Below, one piece after another: positions 20,095 through 28,720 of a stretch of 64,000 nucleotides of DNA (its first letter is position 1; each line of letters starts with the position of its first letter). The notes below the pieces were generated by a model that worked only from the letters and a program-made list of their open reading frames with translations, searched no databases and had not been told where the DNA came from. Origin of the DNA: Candidatus Latescibacterota bacterium (GTDB taxonomy: Bacteria > Latescibacterota > UBA2968 > GCA-2709665); assembly GCA_963667175.2 (NCBI GenBank), contig CAXXXF010000013.1, forward strand, positions 96,001 to 160,000, given 5' to 3'. The position numbers and the translations under genes were made by a program.

Positions 20095-21922
20095 CTTCCT
20101 GCCGGGACGCCGGAATAACGGGAAGGACAATATGAGAGGGGTGATCCGGGTCGTGATAGATCACGTTTTCCGCCAGCGCAACGCGGCGGTCCCGGCCCAA
20201 CGCGCCACCCGTATTCGGATTGATATCGAATCTGGGAAAATTGCTGCTGGAGACGTCGAGCCGGATCCGGTGCCCTGCGTCGAAGACGGTTGAGGTGGGA
20301 TACATGACGATTTCCAGTTCATAGATTTCGCCTGGCGCCATCAATTCGGGTTTGTCCCGCGAACGCCGGTACCGACCCCGGATGATGCTGTCCGTGATAT
20401 TCTGCGCGAAGCCGTCGGGATGGTCCTCGTTCGGTGGATGCACGTCGATCAGCTTCACCGTAAAATCCGTATCCTTCGCCGACGAGGAGGCCCACAGTTT
20501 CGCCGTTAGCGGTCCCGTCACTTCAAGCGGCTTGTCCAATTCCGGGGTCTGGAAGACGAGGACGTCGCCGCGGGCCGACAACGGCAGGGTGTCCATGCAT
20601 CCGTAAAAGCGCGAGTCGCCGCGCTGGTCGTACGCGCCGGCAACGAGAATCGGATCCCCCGCGGACAGGTTGCCGCCGACCGTGGGAACCGGATCCCGGG
20701 GATCGAACGTGTAACGACTCGGCTCCGAGGGCTCCGGCATGTCCTCTGCGATCGTGCCGTCCGAATGCAGATAATACGGCGTAAACCGTGTTCCGGGCAA
20801 AGGCCAGTCCTCAACGTCCCGCCAGGCGCCCATACAGTTAAGGCGCCCCTCCCGGTTTTTGCGTCCGTCACCGCCGCCCATGACGAAGATACGAACCGGC
20901 TTTTCGCGGTCGACTCCGTTGTCGATTCCCTTCAGCCAACGGTCGAACCAGCGCAGCCGGTACCCATCGTAATCGTCAAGGACCGATTCCGATCCGAAGT
21001 CCACGTCTCCCGCGAAGGAGTTCCCCCAGCCGCCGTGGGTCCACGGGCCCATCAACAGATGCTGCGGGGATTTCATCCGTTTCGACAACGAAACGTAATT
21101 CGCCGTGGTTCCCCGGGTATATGTGTCGTACCACCCGCCCAGATAAATCGTGGGCACGTCGGCGTGTTCGTCGTAGTAGTGGTCGATCGCGTATCCCCGC
21201 TGCTTCCAATAGTCGTTGAAATCGCCTTCTCCCAGAAGATCCAGGACCCACTGTTCATAGGAAGGCAGAAACCGCAGGGCGGACGATCCTTTCCTGTAGG
21301 GCGTCCGTGTCAGCCATTCGCCGACCCTCGCGAAATCCGCGTCCAGTGCGGCCTTCAGCGCCGCGTCCGCGAGCGCCTCCCTGCTGGTTGTCGCCATCCG
21401 GAACGCGTATATCATGAACCGCAACTCCAGGGCGCCGTTCTGCCGCATCGAACTGGTGTGATAGTTCGACGTGCCAACCGCGACGACCATGGCTTTCAGA
21501 TGGGGCGGATTCAGGGTGGCAAGCGCGCTCTGGTCGCTTCCACAGTACGATCCGCCCATCGTGCCCACGTTTCCGTCGCACCAGGGCTGCGCGGCCACCC
21601 ATTCCACGGTATCGTACCCGTCCGGCGCCTCCTTTGCAAACGGATGCCACGTGCCTTCCGATTCAAACCGCCCCCGGACGTCCTGACGCACGCCCACGTA
21701 CCCTCTTCGCGCGAGATACCGGCCTTCGCTGAATTTCGACTCCTTATCGTACGGCGTGCGCTCGATTACCGCGGGAAACGCGCCCTGTACGATGTTTCCG
21801 TGCTTCGAAGGGAAATACAGATCGGTCGCCAGCTTCACGCCGTCCCGCATGGGTACCATCACGTTCCTGCGGACGATCACTTCGTATTCGATCCACGATC
21901 CCCTTACCTCGGATGCCGCCAT
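20087..21922 (-). CDS. CocE/NonD family serine hydrolase
   Basis: 'VPMRDGVKLATDLY', 'RTPY', 'DVRGRFESEG', 'GGSYCG', 'GPWTHG', 'SSSNFPRFD.NPN'. Confidence 0.9.
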   Translation of the reverse strand: MAASEVRGSWIEYEVIVRRNVMVPMRDGVKLATDLYFPSKHGNIVQGAFPAVIERTPYDKESKFSEGRYLARRGYVGVRQDVRGRFESEGTWHPFAKEAPDGYDTVEWVAAQPWCDGNVGTMGGSYCGSDQSALATLNPPHLKAMVVAVGTSNYHTSSMRQNGALELRFMIYAFRMATTSREALADAALKAALDADFARVGEWLTRTPYRKGSSALRFLPSYEQWVLDLLGEGDFNDYWKQRGYAIDHYYDEHADVPTIYLGGWYDTYTRGTTANYVSLSKRMKSPQHLLMGPWTHGGWGNSFAGDVDFGSESVLDDYDGYRLRWFDRWLKGIDNGVDREKPVRIFVMGGGDGRKNREGRLNCMGAWRDVEDWPLPGTRFTPYYLHSDGTIAEDMPEPSEPSRYTFDPRDPVPTVGGNLSAGDPILVAGAYDQRGDSRFYGCMDTLPLSARGDVLVFQTPELDKPLEVTGPLTAKLWASSSAKDTDFTVKLIDVHPPNEDHPDGFAQNITDSIIRGRYRRSRDKPELMAPGEIYELEIVMYPTSTVFDAGHRIRLDVSSSNFPRFDINPNTGGALGRDRRVALAENVIYHDPDHPSHIVLPVIPASRQEDG

Positions 21923-21950
21923 TGCAATCCTCTCCAATACCGTTTGACGC

Positions 21951-23051
21951 TCATTGCCGGTCTTCAAAATGTCCGGCGTCCCGCAGGGCCGCCACGCCCG
22001 AACCGCGCGCTGCGAGCGGGAAATCGACGGGCTGATTTCCCGTCAACTGGGACTGGTAGATCGCCATGACCATTTCCAGGGACCTGAGGCCCACCCGTCC
22101 GTCGCTGCGCAATTTCCCGCGGTCCTCCAGCGCATCGACGAGTTCGTTCAGCGCCAGAACGTAGGTTGACGCGGGCGATGGATGGTCGACGGGCGTGTGC
22201 TTCAGGGAATGCCACTGAAACCCGCTGTCCGGTTCGTAGTCGTCCTCTACCGCGCGGAAGAGATGGACCCGTTCGCCGAGAAAACGGATCACGCCTTCGG
22301 TCCCGCGCAACTCGAACGCGTTGTCCGTATAGGACGTCAACTCGGCGCCGTGGACCAGACCCGTCGTACCGTTCCTGAATTTCATGATCGCGGCGCCGAA
22401 GTCCTCCACGGCCCAGGGACGCATCCGCTGCTCGGCCATCCCGCACAACCAGGCCACCTCTCCGGCGTACATGTCCATCAGGTCGAAATAGTGGGTAAAG
22501 TCGTGCAGAAACGGACCCTCATTCTCGCTTCGCCACGAAGGGTCCGGCTTGCCGCCGTCCATATAACAGTAAATGTGGTTCAGCTCTCCGATCTCGCCGT
22601 CCCGCAGCAGTTGCAGTCCCATGTTCCACTCGGGAGACCATCGCCGGTTGTGGTTGATCTGAAGCAGGATGCCCGCGCTGTCGCAGGCGCCGATCATCCG
22701 GTCGCATTCCTCCAGGGACAGCGCCATCGGCTTTTCGCAGATGATCGCCTTCGTGGCGGGCGCCGCGGCGCATGTTTCCACCATCTCGCAATGCAGTTCC
22801 GGATGGGTGGCCACAATGCAGATATCCGGCCTGACTTCGTCCAGCATGCGCCGGTAGTCGTGATAGATCGCCTCAATCCCGTATCGCTGCCCGAAGATCT
22901 CCAGTTTTTCGCGACCCCGGTTCACCCCCGCCACCAGTTCGCAGTCCGGGTGTTCGCCCAGGGCATCGGCGTGGTTGTCGGGCAGGTCCCCGAAACTGAA
23001 CTGGTATCCCACCCGGCCCGTGCCGATGATCGCCACGCGATATTTCGTCAT
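21951..23051 (-). CDS. Gfo/Idh/MocA family oxidoreductase
   Basis: 'VAIIGTG', 'CEKPMA', 'NHNRRW', 'HDFTHYFD'. Confidence 0.88.
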   Translation of the reverse strand: MTKYRVAIIGTGRVGYQFSFGDLPDNHADALGEHPDCELVAGVNRGREKLEIFGQRYGIEAIYHDYRRMLDEVRPDICIVATHPELHCEMVETCAAAPATKAIICEKPMALSLEECDRMIGACDSAGILLQINHNRRWSPEWNMGLQLLRDGEIGELNHIYCYMDGGKPDPSWRSENEGPFLHDFTHYFDLMDMYAGEVAWLCGMAEQRMRPWAVEDFGAAIMKFRNGTTGLVHGAELTSYTDNAFELRGTEGVIRFLGERVHLFRAVEDDYEPDSGFQWHSLKHTPVDHPSPASTYVLALNELVDALEDRGKLRSDGRVGLRSLEMVMAIYQSQLTGNQPVDFPLAARGSGVAALRDAGHFEDRQ

Positions 23052-23088
23052 CAGAACCTCTTTCATTCAAATGCCACCAACAATGAAC

Positions 23089-23754
23089 TCAGTTTTCCGC
23101 GATCCCGCCGAATTGCCACCCAATCCCGAGGCCGAATTCAAACCCGCTGTAGTTGCGCCTGCCCCCCAACGCTTCCGAAAAGTCCGTCATCAGGTTAAAT
23201 CCCAGGGTCGCATTCGTCACAACGGACCCGCCCATCCGAACGTCCAGCCCCGCGCCCGCCCGGCCCCCGAATGCCGTCATTGTCGCGGCCTTCTGAACCA
23301 CCTGTATTCCGACGTCGTTCCGGGCTTCAAAGCCGGCGACGGGTCCAATCCCCGCGGTCAGGAAGGGTCTGAACCGGGTTTGGAATGCAGGCGTGCCCGT
23401 GTAATATCTCACGCCGACGATTATCGGACAGATGACTGCCGCCCGCTGCGAGACGCCCGAAGGCCCAACCCGAGAACTCGCCTCGACGGCCATGACGCCG
23501 ACCGTGGCGTAACCGGCCACGTCTTGCCGCATCCAGCGCGAATAGCCCAGCGAGAAAAACAGGCCGCCCGACCCGGCGGTCGTTTCAACCCCCAACGGAC
23601 CGATCGTTGTCGCCGCGCCGCTATTTCCTCCCTGATGCCGCAGTCCCATCCTGAGTTCAATCCGGGACCGCCTTTCCATTTCGCCTGCAGATATCATCGC
23701 CGGCGTTGCCAGCAGCAGGAAACACAACAGTACCGTCGTTCTCATTGTCGTCAT
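23089..23754 (-). CDS. Outer-membrane beta-barrel protein (OmpW/OmpA-like)
   Basis: Signal peptide, alternating amphipathic strands, 'RPFLTAGIG', near-terminal 'GLGIGWQF'. Confidence 0.65.
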   Translation of the reverse strand: MTTMRTTVLLCFLLLATPAMISAGEMERRSRIELRMGLRHQGGNSGAATTIGPLGVETTAGSGGLFFSLGYSRWMRQDVAGYATVGVMAVEASSRVGPSGVSQRAAVICPIIVGVRYYTGTPAFQTRFRPFLTAGIGPVAGFEARNDVGIQVVQKAATMTAFGGRAGAGLDVRMGGSVVTNATLGFNLMTDFSEALGGRRNYSGFEFGLGIGWQFGGIAEN

Positions 23755-23988
23755 CTACGTCTCCCTTCGAAGTTTTTTACTTCTGGCGTTTGCGTAATGG
23801 ACGTGAATTCGTCAACATTGCGGCGACATTTACATGGATTATTTCAAAGTAACAACGGCGGATTTACGTCGAAATTCCTCGCATCCTTTGGTCAGTGAAC
23901 CTGACTTGGTAAACGGCGCAATTTGGCCTGGTTATTTCCACGTTTCTCGTGGAATGACTACACTGACAATTGATTTTATTTGAAGAAT

Positions 23989-26838
23989 TTAACTGATTTC
24001 AGTCTCGACGATCTGTATTTCGTCCTCAGTCAGGTCGTACAAATCATAAACGAGACGATCGATCCGCTGATCTGTCGCAGCAATCTGGCGCTGGATAGTT
24101 GTCTTTTCGTGGTGCGTCTTCGCAATCGCATAGTGTCTGTGAAGAGACAATATCTGTTCGACCAATTCCACCATTTGGCTATGACAGGCCGTGCAAACGG
24201 GGTCGGAAGCATCGATGTTGGGGATGGGTATTTCGTCAAGATGGTTTTTTTTGAGTTGAGCGATACTTCTTTTATTCGTCACATATCTGTTTGTAAAGAG
24301 AAAGTTCACAACAGCCGAATTTAAAATGCCAAGCAGATACATAAAGTCAAGATTACTGCGGTTGTTAAATAAAAAATACAACGATTGCTCAGGAAATATC
24401 CCCGAGTCATCAAATGTAGCGAGTATTCGGGCTCCTGTTTTCCTCAGGAGGATTTTTGGTTTTGCTCCCAACTTTATCTTGTTCGTCGTGCGGCCCGTTA
24501 TGTTTTGTTGATTGAATTCAAACCAATATTTCTTCTTGAGAGCATATCTGCCTATGCTGTCTCCCTTTAACGTCTCGATCTGTAAGTTACTCGTCCTTTT
24601 TGAAGTAATAGAACTTGATCTTCCTCCGAATCCAGAAGTCGTCTCACAGAGGTTGCCCAAAGGGCAAACATTTGATGAAGATTCGATTTTTTTTATCACG
24701 TTCCTTATTTCAACATTCTCATAGTATTGAAAAGTATGGGTTGGACTCTGTTCAAACTCTCGCTGCGGAATGTCTAGAGACTCCTTTCCGTACTCTCCGA
24801 TCGCAACAAGCTCGTCTCGATCCGGGTTATTCTTGCGTCGAAAAACGAACACCAAGGTGTCGGCAGTAATTCGAGGAAACGGAACCTTATAAACCAGTGA
24901 TAGAACTTGACATTGTTTCAATATCTCTCTTCGCAATTTCTGGAACTGGGAGTTGAATCCTAATCGATCAGGTACGATATAACCAAAATAACCACCATCA
25001 ATAATCAGACGGATTCCTTGTGCGATGAAGTACTCGTACATATTGGGCATGTAGGTATTGCCGGAAAACTTCTCGATCATGTAGTCTATTTCGTGCTTAG
25101 GGTAAATTCCGGCACCGAATTTTCCTTTCAAAGAAATCCAAGGCGGATTTCCGATTACAGCGTTAAAACCGCCTACCTTCATTATTGCTTGAAATTCATC
25201 TTCCCAGTCGAAAACGTTGATTCTGAAACGTTCGTTTTCGTCGAGTAGACTCATCTGCTGTTCGACATAAATGTCTGGACCGATGAGGGAATTCCCGCAC
25301 TTGATATTGTTCCCCAAATCAGGTAGGGCACGTTCGCGGAAGAACCTGAACTGACGTGTCAGCGTTTGTTCAGTCTCCCCCTCCAGAACCTTCAGCAACA
25401 GCGATAGCTTGGTGACTTCCACCGCCTGCGAATCAATGTCGACACCGTAGATATTGTCTAAAAGAATTCGTTTTCTTTCGCCAGTTGTTAGCCGCCAACC
25501 GCCGCTCGCATCCTGTTGGAGGGAAGGTGAACGTCCCTTCGACCATTTTTCGGGACCGTTTTTTGTATAAAAATCGTAATGCCAGTCAAGCAAACACTGG
25601 TAAGCACCAATGAGAAAAGACCCGGAACCACAGGCCGGATCGAGGATCTTTAGCTTCCCGACCTGCTTAAGGGATTTTTCTTTCAGCAACTGACCCACCG
25701 TGTTCTCTATGATGTAGTCTACGACGTAGGTAGGGGTGTAGTAGACGCCTCCCGCCTTTTTTGCTTCGGGCTTGTCCTCCACGACTGCACGGTGCTGCGT
25801 TGTAAGACGAATTACCTTGCCCAAGAATTGCTCGTATACCTGCCCAAGAATGTCAGCGGACAATACCGAGAATTCATAGGGGCTTTCGGGATAGTAAAGG
25901 CTCTTGATGATTTGCTTTATCGTCCTGTCATCAATCGTTAAGCCAAAACTTATCACATCTGGGTGGCCTGACCTTTGTTTTTCGTCTCTATAGTGAAACA
26001 GACCTGAATTATAGCGTTCATCGGCCCGTCGAAACAAGTGGCAGAGACGTGCGTACACATTTCTACCATTCTGAAGCGCCATGAGCTGGCCATAGTCCTC
26101 TACACCTCGATCTTCACAAATGCGAAGAAAGATGATCCGGTCGATTGTTCGGCCGACGGTGAAGTTGAGTTCACGCTGGCTTAAGCTGGGATTCCGTAGG
26201 GCAATATTGCGCGCAAGTGCCGTTCGCCACGACTCTATTTCTTCCAAAAAAGACGAGTCGATCTCAGAGGTTCCCCTCTTTCCTTTGCTTGATTCAACAT
26301 ACTCGTCAAATGAACCCCTTAGGACCGAATCGCGTGAGTATACCGAATCGATTTCGTTCCACCTGTCGATGTAATCGGCGTAATTAATGTAGAAAATACG
26401 CGCGACTGCGGCGCGGTCCGCCTGCGTCGGCCTAACCCGGCAATCGTAAACTGCGAATTCCTCGAAGTCGGTGAGTATGCTAAGGGGTAGCTTAGCCGAC
26501 CAGGCATAGCGGCGAAGTTGATAGGCTGGATGGGTGTCGCCCTTGATGTCTACTGATGGCTTCTTTGCCTCGAGAAAGAATTTTCGAGTACCGCCTATTC
26601 GGAAACAATAATCTGGCGCCTTTGTCGCGCCACCGATTTTGATGGCGCCTTCATGGATGACGTCCTTGTATGCCTCTGCATAGCCCCGCTTATTGCTCAC
26701 ATCCCAGCCAAGAACTTCGAAAAATGGATCGAGAAACTCCCGCCTTAGTTGAGTCTCGTTGTATGACCCAGATCTGTACGAATCGCGATTACGGTCAAAA
26801 CGGTCGACCAGTTCAACTATCTCTTTTGGCGTAATCAT
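23989..26838 (-). CDS. Type IIG restriction-modification fusion (Eco57I/TaqI-like: REase + N6-adenine MTase + TRD)
   Basis: N-terminal 'APDY...FLEAKKP' PD-(D/E)xK; 'GVYYTP'; motif I 'ILDPACGSGSFL'; motif IV 'IGNPPW'; TaqI_C-like 'YLLGILNS'; C-terminal 'IDRLVYDLYDLTEDEI'. Confidence 0.92.
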   Translation of the reverse strand: MITPKEIVELVDRFDRNRDSYRSGSYNETQLRREFLDPFFEVLGWDVSNKRGYAEAYKDVIHEGAIKIGGATKAPDYCFRIGGTRKFFLEAKKPSVDIKGDTHPAYQLRRYAWSAKLPLSILTDFEEFAVYDCRVRPTQADRAAVARIFYINYADYIDRWNEIDSVYSRDSVLRGSFDEYVESSKGKRGTSEIDSSFLEEIESWRTALARNIALRNPSLSQRELNFTVGRTIDRIIFLRICEDRGVEDYGQLMALQNGRNVYARLCHLFRRADERYNSGLFHYRDEKQRSGHPDVISFGLTIDDRTIKQIIKSLYYPESPYEFSVLSADILGQVYEQFLGKVIRLTTQHRAVVEDKPEAKKAGGVYYTPTYVVDYIIENTVGQLLKEKSLKQVGKLKILDPACGSGSFLIGAYQCLLDWHYDFYTKNGPEKWSKGRSPSLQQDASGGWRLTTGERKRILLDNIYGVDIDSQAVEVTKLSLLLKVLEGETEQTLTRQFRFFRERALPDLGNNIKCGNSLIGPDIYVEQQMSLLDENERFRINVFDWEDEFQAIMKVGGFNAVIGNPPWISLKGKFGAGIYPKHEIDYMIEKFSGNTYMPNMYEYFIAQGIRLIIDGGYFGYIVPDRLGFNSQFQKLRREILKQCQVLSLVYKVPFPRITADTLVFVFRRKNNPDRDELVAIGEYGKESLDIPQREFEQSPTHTFQYYENVEIRNVIKKIESSSNVCPLGNLCETTSGFGGRSSSITSKRTSNLQIETLKGDSIGRYALKKKYWFEFNQQNITGRTTNKIKLGAKPKILLRKTGARILATFDDSGIFPEQSLYFLFNNRSNLDFMYLLGILNSAVVNFLFTNRYVTNKRSIAQLKKNHLDEIPIPNIDASDPVCTACHSQMVELVEQILSLHRHYAIAKTHHEKTTIQRQIAATDQRIDRLVYDLYDLTEDEIQIVETEIS

Positions 26839-27051
26839 ATTGGGATTCTCAGACTGTCAACATTGCCCTGCTGTCTGTCAAGAAAGTAAAGGCATGTTTA
26901 AACGCCGTATTTCGGTTTTCGCCTGTCCCACACAATTCTAGCCCAAAAAAATCCATCCGGTTTCACTAAAGCATAAAGGAACAGAAAGTACACGAGTACT
27001 CAGCGTTTTCGTCAATGATGGCATATAGCAGAGAAGACCCTATGACCGAGA

Positions 27052-28089
27052 TTATCTCTGACACAAGGCTGTTGGAGCCATTTCTCTAATGAATGATTCG
27101 TGATTGGATCTCTGCGGCAAAATCGTCCTGGGATCATCGAGATCGATAACTATGGTACCAGCACAACACTTTCGTCCTTCTCGACCTTGGGCGAATGAAT
27201 CATTCAAGTGTTTGGGCGATGAGGTTGGTAGCCCTGATGCGCAGTGTTCCGAAAGTTGCGTACAAGCGATCCAGACTTCGGCCAATTCCTCGCGTATTGC
27301 AGCGACGATTTCAGGTCGAGGCGTGCTGTGTCGACCCCGACCGATTGAGAAAATTACCATTGCCGGAGAAGCAAGCTCACAGAGGTCCTTTGCGAAAGCG
27401 CTCAAGTCCGTGGAACCCGTTCTGCCACCATGATGTGGAAATACAACAATAGGGGCAGTCGCGTCCACTTCAGAAGCGCGAAGGTCGTCCAGACCGATGT
27501 GATCAAGGTCGCCGGGAAGCAGTGCAATTGGCTTCCCGCCCTTTGATAATCGCGTAACTACACTCACCGAATTACTGGTCAGTTTTCGACCGATGCGGTC
27601 CGTGCTACCCGGGCCCTTCGCGGCAAGATACTTGCTTGGGCCGAGGATCTCGATCTGCACTTCGGTGCTATCGAGCTTCGCTTCACTGCCTCTCGTCAAA
27701 GACGTACTAAAATCAAGCTCACCCTTCAGGTCGGTACTGTCAAGCTCGTACAGGAGATCGTCCCAACGTTTAGACTTTTTCGCAGAGTCAGTATTCACAT
27801 GCACCGATCTGATGCGGAACATTCCGGATGACAGCAAATGAACCAGACCTGCGATGTGGTCATCATCCGCGTGAGAAAGCAATACTGAGTCAATTGCAGT
27901 GATTCCCTTCGCTAACAGGTACTCAAGTAAGGAACTTCCAAGACCCGTATCGATAACCACGACACAATGAGAGTCGATAAGGACTGCACTGTTACCATGT
28001 CCTACATCAAGGATGGCCAGACAATGATTAAGTGCAGGTTTCGAATTACCATTAGTCGGCTTCCCAGCTATCGAAGTAAAGTTCTTCAT
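27052..28089 (-). CDS. ComEC/Rec2-type metallo-beta-lactamase-fold hydrolase (soluble; putative nuclease effector)
   Basis: 'ILDVGHGNS', 'VIDTG', 'LSHADDDHIAG', 'NSVSVV', 'LPGDL', 'PHHGG'; no TM segments; Cys-rich C-terminus. Start may be 28104. Confidence 0.85.
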   Translation of the reverse strand: MKNFTSIAGKPTNGNSKPALNHCLAILDVGHGNSAVLIDSHCVVVIDTGLGSSLLEYLLAKGITAIDSVLLSHADDDHIAGLVHLLSSGMFRIRSVHVNTDSAKKSKRWDDLLYELDSTDLKGELDFSTSLTRGSEAKLDSTEVQIEILGPSKYLAAKGPGSTDRIGRKLTSNSVSVVTRLSKGGKPIALLPGDLDHIGLDDLRASEVDATAPIVVFPHHGGRTGSTDLSAFAKDLCELASPAMVIFSIGRGRHSTPRPEIVAAIREELAEVWIACTQLSEHCASGLPTSSPKHLNDSFAQGREGRKCCAGTIVIDLDDPRTILPQRSNHESFIREMAPTALCQR

Positions 28090-28717
28090 GTTTCTCGGCT
28101 CCAACGTTTACGTGAGCATGAAGTCGCCTCTCTGGCTTTATAAGTGGTTGAATTTTCGGAGGCACGTCATCATACGAAACACGTATTTTTTCTCTTGAAC
28201 TCCAACCTGAGATGACAACGTAGAAATACTCCCTTTCATCCACCACTTCTTCGACTCGAACTTGCGTTCTCCAGGGCCTTCGACTCGGCTGAAATACCCC
28301 TCCAAATTCTCTGACGCATTGCTCAAAACCCTTTGCGATGTTTTCAGGATCGAGTTCACGGGGCTTTAACAGCGCCGGTATAAAGCGTCTACGGCTTCTC
28401 ATAAGGAAAACATCCACATCGGTGTAGCTTGTACAGAGTAAAGCTGGAAATCTTTTTCGGTAACAAGCGGCAACTAACTCGTCACCATTGAAATTCGCGT
28501 AATTCCCTTTCTTTCGCAGATGATAGTCGCACAGGACGGCATCCGCTCGAGTTGGTAACGCCTCCACAAACTGCTGCAGATTTTTGAGAGGCTTGGCCTG
28601 AGGGACAACTGTCAGTCCCAATTCCTCTATGGGGTATTCATAGCTATCCCTCGCTTCATTGTCGTCGTCGACGATTGAAACGCTTGCGAATGTCTTGTTG
28701 TCTATAAGCAATGGCAT
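28052..28717 (-). CDS. Receiver (REC) domain protein with unknown beta-rich C-terminal domain
   Basis: Acidic pocket 'IVDDD', phosphoacceptor 'AVLCDYHL', 'NGDELV', 'LLCTSY', 'LLKP'; no HTH. Confidence 0.78.
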   Translation of the reverse strand: MPLLIDNKTFASVSIVDDDNEARDSYEYPIEELGLTVVPQAKPLKNLQQFVEALPTRADAVLCDYHLRKKGNYANFNGDELVAACYRKRFPALLCTSYTDVDVFLMRSRRRFIPALLKPRELDPENIAKGFEQCVREFGGVFQPSRRPWRTQVRVEEVVDEREYFYVVISGWSSREKIRVSYDDVPPKIQPLIKPERRLHAHVNVGAEKHEELYFDSWEAD

Positions 28718-28720
28718 TTC

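Noticed and set aside
27052-28089. Competence gene comEC or antibiotic beta-lactamase
   Set aside because: No TM competence domain or signal peptide; embedded in an RM-linked island.
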